NCBI GenBank assembly: GCA_963837955.1
Contig: CAWIPH010000002.1
Span: forward strand, 1,760,001-1,824,000
Source of the DNA: an uncultured Verrucomicrobiae bacterium
GTDB taxonomy: Bacteria > Verrucomicrobiota > Verrucomicrobiia > Chthoniobacterales > JAFAMB01
Reading direction: 5' to 3'
DNA: 64,000 bases
Under the pieces are notes generated by a model. The model searched no databases. It saw only the letters and a list, made by a program, of their open reading frames with translations, and was not told the origin of the DNA. The position numbers and the translations under genes were made by a program. Of this stretch, positions 59,257 to 64,000 are shown piece by piece. How positions within the stretch are numbered: position 1 is the first letter of the stretch; every line of letters begins with the position of its first letter.

Positions 59257-60552
59257 TTAGCCACCCCGCGACGCTTCAATGATTTTTTGCGCGGCTGATG
59301 TTCCGCTGTCGAGCGCCGCATGCACTGTACCGTTAGCCCCTTGGCAATCGGTAGCTTCGCCGGCAAAAAAGATAGTGTCGTTCACGGGCTCGGCCAGGAT
59401 TTGGGCGGCTTTCAACCCGCCGACCTTGGGATAGCTGTAGGCGCCTCGCGAAAATGGATCGTCGCTCCAGTCGTAATAGTGAATTCTGTCAACCCGTTCC
59501 TGTAGCCAAGGCCCAGGTTTGGCAAAGATTCGACTCAAAGACTCAATGGCCCGGTCAAGGAGCTCCTCTCGCGAGAGATTGATCAATTTCTCAGCCGCAG
59601 GTCCACCCGCCCAGCCGGTTAAGATATTCGAGGTCAGAGGTTCCTGCGTCCACCAGGTCGGCATATCCACATCGAATGAAATAGCAAACCCCAGCGGGCC
59701 GTTGTCCCTCCAAAATCGCTCCTTGAAGCTGATCATGAGCTTCACCACGTGGCCTACCTCCAGATGCCCGAGCGCCGCCTCCTTTTGCGACAGTGCCGGA
59801 ATGAATCGGATGGCCCCGCGCGTCCCTGGTGATGCCTGCAGGACACCAAGCGGCACAGTGACAAGCAATCGGACTGCAAAGAAGTCCCGATTGCCGTTCG
59901 GTGTGTCGGCCGCAATCCTAATCTGGCCGCGTTGCCAGCGAATTTCCTTCACCTCTGTTTTCAAATGTAGTGACTCACGCGGAAGTCCGGTCGCCAGCCA
60001 ATCGATCAGCGATCCATAACCGCCGGGAAGACGGAATTGCCTTTGTCCCTCAATTTCGGCCGCCGCACGATCAGCAATGGCAACAGCGGGCGCGCTGATC
60101 AGCTCAGCATGAGCTGCGTTGAAGCCCTCGACATATGATCTCGCTACAAGTTTTTCGAACGGCGATACTTGGACCTCCGCCAGGAACTGGTCGTACGAGA
60201 TCTCACGAGTGGGGTCAATCTGTGCATCAACTCTTTGGATGATTTCCCAGTAATCCGGGCATGGTCGAAGGCCTTCTTTACTCGAAACCATTCGAGTACC
60301 GGAGCTTTCCACCACTTCCAGCCCCGCCTTCTCCAGAACTGACCAAATTGCCGGAGGCTTTCCGTGCACGAACTCGGCGCCGAGTTCCATCGGCGAATGC
60401 GTCGAGTCATCGGTGAGGATTCGTCCACCGATCCGATCGCGGGCTTCCAAAACCGCTACGTTGAGTCCGGCGGAATGAAGCTCGCGCCAAGCGCCGATAC
60501 CTGCTGCTCCGGCGCCAATGATCAATGCATCGATGGTCTTTTCGGGTTGCAT
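59257..60552 (-). CDS. Flavin-containing monoamine oxidase family protein
   Basis: IIGAGAAG, LEARDRIGGR, ELGAEFVHG, W..DPFSRGAYS and FFAGEAT..GTVHAA. Confidence 0.92.
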   Translation of the reverse strand: MQPEKTIDALIIGAGAAGIGAWRELHSAGLNVAVLEARDRIGGRILTDDSTHSPMELGAEFVHGKPPAIWSVLEKAGLEVVESSGTRMVSSKEGLRPCPDYWEIIQRVDAQIDPTREISYDQFLAEVQVSPFEKLVARSYVEGFNAAHAELISAPAVAIADRAAAEIEGQRQFRLPGGYGSLIDWLATGLPRESLHLKTEVKEIRWQRGQIRIAADTPNGNRDFFAVRLLVTVPLGVLQASPGTRGAIRFIPALSQKEAALGHLEVGHVVKLMISFKERFWRDNGPLGFAISFDVDMPTWWTQEPLTSNILTGWAGGPAAEKLINLSREELLDRAIESLSRIFAKPGPWLQERVDRIHYYDWSDDPFSRGAYSYPKVGGLKAAQILAEPVNDTIFFAGEATDCQGANGTVHAALDSGTSAAQKIIEASRGG

Positions 60553-60659
60553 CAGATAATTGCCAGGGTTCTCCCTTTGATCGGAATTATTGGGGTTCTG
60601 TTCTCAAATCTTCTATCAATTCGAAAGCGCAGTCGGGGTCGCATATCCGAACGTCTCAT

Positions 60660-60893
60660 ATGACAGCTGCACAAAAGGCTGCCGCTAAGAAGAACATCAA
60701 GAAAGCCGCCGCGGTAGCGAAAAAGAAGAGAACGGTTGCGCATCTACCTAAAGCGACGCGGACAGCAATGGGCAAGGAAGGCGCAAAGGCGGCGAAAAGA
60801 AAGCGGCACGCAAGAAACAAGAGAGGAGCCAAATTACCCGGTGACGCTCCACTCCCAATGCGGGGGGCTTTGGCTGCCGCCTCCAATGTTTAG
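60660..60893 (+). CDS. Small Lys/Ala-rich basic protein
   Basis: MTAAQKAAAKKNIKKAAAVAKKKRTVAHLPKATRTAMGKEGAK. Confidence 0.65.
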   Translation: MTAAQKAAAKKNIKKAAAVAKKKRTVAHLPKATRTAMGKEGAKAAKRKRHARNKRGAKLPGDAPLPMRGALAAASNV

Positions 60894-61028
60894 ACCAACA
60901 CCGATTGTCGCTTCGGTTCCTTCGAACGGATCCTTTACTTTGCGGCCATGACTGCCAGGAGGCAGGTCCGCCAGGGGATCGATAAATTCGCCCGTGGTCT
61001 CCTTCGGATTTGGAATTCGTTCTTTCAT
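60834..61028 (-). CDS. Small hypothetical protein
   Basis: 64-aa ORF with protein-like composition; overlaps the tail of the previous ORF convergently. Confidence 0.4.
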   Translation of the reverse strand: MKERIPNPKETTGEFIDPLADLPPGSHGRKVKDPFEGTEATIGVGLNIGGGSQSPPHWEWSVTG

Positions 61029-61076
61029 GTCTTCAAGTCACTACCCCCTGCCCGACAGGTCAAATCATCTAACGTT

Positions 61077-61130
61077 GGGGAGGGGTCGCAGCCTCGCGAT
61101 CCACGGCGCACGAGGACGTGCGCCCTCCCC
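61077..61130. repeat. Uninterrupted REP hairpin B
   Basis: GGGGAGGGGTCGCAGCCTCGCGATCCACGGCGCACGAGGACGTGCGCCCTCCCC, matching the backbone of the 16854 and 37372 elements. Confidence 0.75.
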
Positions 61131-61309
61131 GCCCTCCGGGTTTGTCAACCACGCCCCCCCGTTGCGAGAAGCGTCGCGGCGGACTAGCTTAGACAATTAG
61201 TACGGAGGGCAAAGTCGACGGGCCTACCAGGGAAAGGAGCGAATCCAGCACCACCCCCGCACCGCAGAAGTCGGTCGGCCTGGATTTCCGAATCCTCTTT
61301 CTCGCGGGA

Positions 61310-63463
61310 GTGATCTTGCTGAGCATGGCTTTGATTGGCGTGCGTCTCTGGTACGTTCAGGTAGTATTGGCGGACTACTACCGCCATAGAATTCGCGGCA
61401 GCTCTGAGGTCACGGTCCGGATGCCTAGCGTACGCGGAGAGATTCGGGATCGGAATGGCATTCCGCTCGTCACAAATCGGCCGAGCTATGAAGTCGATTT
61501 CTATCTCCCGGATATCGTGTCCGGCTACAAGCAAAAATACGGTCAGGTGCCGATGACTGAAGCCCGGACCAGGGACAACCATGGTATGCTGCACGACCGT
61601 AACCAGCCAGACATTGTTGAGATTGTCGACCGCGCTGTTGTTCCGAAGCTCCGGGCTTTTAAGCTGTCCGAGTCGTTCAACGCGGAAAAACTTCGCACGC
61701 ATTTCCAAAACGACTACCTCGTTCCATTTAAGTATCGTCAGGATCTTGATTTCGCGACTTTTTCCAGGTTCGCCGAGAAGGATATCGGCATTCCGGGCGT
61801 CCAGATAAATGTTACACCTGTTCGCGAGTACGCCTTTGGAGCGCTCGGTGCGCAGATCCTTGGTTATGTTGGTGCGCCGAAAGAGATCAGTCATTTATCA
61901 GACATTAAGGACTTTGATTTTTATCAGCCGGATGTGCAGGGAAGGGCGAATATCGAATACACGATGGACGACGTCCTGCGAGGAAAACCAGGGAAACGTA
62001 TCTTAACGAAGAACGCTAAGGGCCAGATCGAAGGCGTGAAGGAAATTGTTCAGCCGACCCCCGGTTCCAATGTATACCTGTCGATCGATGCGCGGATGCA
62101 GTATATCGTCGAAAAGACGCTCCGATATGTTGGCCGGGCTGCCTGCGTAGTCGTGGATCCAAATAACGGCGAAGTTCTGGCTATGGCCTCGGTGCCATCT
62201 TTTAATCCGAATAAATTCATTCCGGCAATCTCCGCTCGTGACTGGGAAGCGATCAAAGATGGGGCGGCTGATCCGCTCACTAATCGGGCGACCAGCGCTT
62301 ATGCGCCAGGCTCTACCTACAAAATCATAACTGCCTTTGCTGGACTAACCAGGAATCTCGCCAAAGCGAGATTTACGTGTTCCGGTGGCGTTTCATACGG
62401 GGACACCTACATGCATTGCTGGGGCGTGCATGGGAACCAAGATCTTGTCGAGGCGATTAGACATTCGTGTGACGCCTACTTCTACCAATTCGGGAACGCT
62501 GCGGGGATTGATGCAATGGATCGGGTTGGCAAAACGCTCGGGCTAGGCGAAACGAGCGGGATTGAACTTACCGATGAGGATCCAGGGCTGCTCCCGTCGC
62601 CCAATTGGTTGCAAACGACCAAGAACGAACGTTGGTCACAGGGTCAAACCGCCAATGCGGCCATCGGCCAAGGCTACGTCCTGGCCAGCCCGTTACAGAT
62701 GGCGATGGTTGTGGCCACGGTCGCAAATGGCGGGATTTGTTATCAGCCCACGTTGATGCATCAAATCCAACAGCCCGACGGCACGATCATTCGGCGACCT
62801 ACCAGAATTCGCGGCGACCTCACGAGAGACAATAAGCTGACGAAAGAACAGATCGAACTTGTCCGAAAAGGTATGTGGGAGGTAGTCAACGCTCCGGATG
62901 GGACTGGTAAACAGGGAGCTGTTCCTGGTGTCCAAGTCGCTGGAAAGACTGGTACAGCTCAGTTCTGGCGCAGCGGGAAAAAAGATAATCATACCTGGTT
63001 TTTGGCCTTTGCTCCTTATGATCATCCGAAGATCGCTTTGGCCGTCATGATCGAAGGTGGCAAGTCCGGGGGTGGCGTTGCCGCTCCGATGGCGGCTGAA
63101 ATTATCAAAGAGGTGCTTGCCCTCGACAACGGATACGATCCTGGCCTTAAGCGATTGGATCCCGCAATTGGAAATTACAAACTGGTCGACTCGGTTAGCT
63201 TTCCGAAAAACGGAGACGCACAGATCGCCTCGAGTGACGAAGTAGGTCCCGAAACCTCTGAACCGACCAACACGGCACAGACTACAAAAAGATCGACTCA
63301 AACTCGACAGGTTGAACCCGATATCCGTCCCGATCCAGATAGCCATCGGACCTCTCAGAACCCACTCCGAAACTTCTTCAATCTGTTCAAGAGCAAACCT
63401 AAACAAACCTCCGGGACCCCACCGGCCGATAAAAAAGAGAAACGTCACTTTCTGTTCTTTTGA
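61310..63463 (+). CDS. mrdA: Penicillin-binding protein 2
   Basis: RGEIRDRNG, SxxK (PGSTYK), SCD in the SxN position, AIGQG and GKTGTAQ. Start uncertain. Confidence 0.92.
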   Translation: MILLSMALIGVRLWYVQVVLADYYRHRIRGSSEVTVRMPSVRGEIRDRNGIPLVTNRPSYEVDFYLPDIVSGYKQKYGQVPMTEARTRDNHGMLHDRNQPDIVEIVDRAVVPKLRAFKLSESFNAEKLRTHFQNDYLVPFKYRQDLDFATFSRFAEKDIGIPGVQINVTPVREYAFGALGAQILGYVGAPKEISHLSDIKDFDFYQPDVQGRANIEYTMDDVLRGKPGKRILTKNAKGQIEGVKEIVQPTPGSNVYLSIDARMQYIVEKTLRYVGRAACVVVDPNNGEVLAMASVPSFNPNKFIPAISARDWEAIKDGAADPLTNRATSAYAPGSTYKIITAFAGLTRNLAKARFTCSGGVSYGDTYMHCWGVHGNQDLVEAIRHSCDAYFYQFGNAAGIDAMDRVGKTLGLGETSGIELTDEDPGLLPSPNWLQTTKNERWSQGQTANAAIGQGYVLASPLQMAMVVATVANGGICYQPTLMHQIQQPDGTIIRRPTRIRGDLTRDNKLTKEQIELVRKGMWEVVNAPDGTGKQGAVPGVQVAGKTGTAQFWRSGKKDNHTWFLAFAPYDHPKIALAVMIEGGKSGGGVAAPMAAEIIKEVLALDNGYDPGLKRLDPAIGNYKLVDSVSFPKNGDAQIASSDEVGPETSEPTNTAQTTKRSTQTRQVEPDIRPDPDSHRTSQNPLRNFFNLFKSKPKQTSGTPPADKKEKRHFLFF

Positions 63464-63482
63464 GAACGCGGCGAGTGCTGTC

Positions 63483-63937
63483 AACGCCAGCGGCGAAGCT
63501 GCGACTCAAGAAAGCCAAGAGGGCGAAGCCCTAGGGATAAGAAAAAGGCAACCAGCGCTGAAAGCGCGTGACAAAAACATTTATACGGTTTGTTACGAAT
63601 ATATAGCGCCGTAGCTCGCAAATAGTTTGGTCCATCTAATCTCTTCGGCCAAAACGGGAGTCGCTAGATTGAAACGCACCTTCAGTGCCAGGCCAGGTGC
63701 TAGTCGATGGCGAGTGTTTTTGTTCGCCTTTCATCAGCTCGCCCACGCCCTCCAGCCAGCCCTTTCGCTGCGCCATCTCATTGAGAATTGGGCCGACATT
63801 GCTGATCAGTTGGCCGAGCCGCCTCGAATGCGAAAAGCACAAGAGCAAAAGTTCTACGACACAGTAGTCAAAACAAGTTAACGCTTATGCGGGCTTCGCC
63901 CTAGGCTTTCTTGAGTCGCAGCTTCGCCGCTGGTGTT
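63483..63937. repeat. REPIN-like element with ~48-bp inverted arms around a ~360-bp spacer, followed by tandem TTCCCGGCG units
   Basis: AACGCCAGCGGCGAAGCTGCGACTCAAGAAAGCC..GGGCGAAGCCC at the left and its reverse complement at 63891-63937. Confidence 0.8.
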
Positions 63938-64000
63938 CCCGGCTGCCGACGTTCCCTACGCTCCCGGCGTTCCCGGCGTTCCCGGCGTTCCCTACGCTGC

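Noticed and set aside
62693..63484. 263-aa minus-strand ORF, and 61184-61894
   Set aside because: Antisense to mrdA, with no recognisable motifs.

Overview
A 64 kb bacterial chromosomal window, probably from a soil Verrucomicrobiota (Chthoniobacterales-like). That assignment is inferred from DUF5069, the verrucomicrobial-type LacI and the repeat families, not proven. It holds mostly accessory metabolic and stress genes: a Fur-boxed flavinylation module (outer-membrane barrel, FMN-binding protein, ApbE, membrane protein); Amt; two lpxD paralogues flanking a bufferin-like Cys-rich precursor and a fatty-acid desaturase; a rearranged Nit1C nitrilase cluster with an internal LacI regulator; an ECF sigma/anti-sigma locus with four matching promoter motifs, one facing an unannotated small ORF; an ara operon with a FucI-like isomerase; a general-stress island; and mrdA. 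The intergenic DNA carries nested palindromic repeats, where a ~55-60 bp unit sits inside other repeats and inside itself. It also carries an IS481-like MITE and a 181-nt structured ncRNA candidate. No rRNA, intact tRNA, CRISPR array or intact transposase was seen. All family assignments come from motif recognition by eye; no searches were run.
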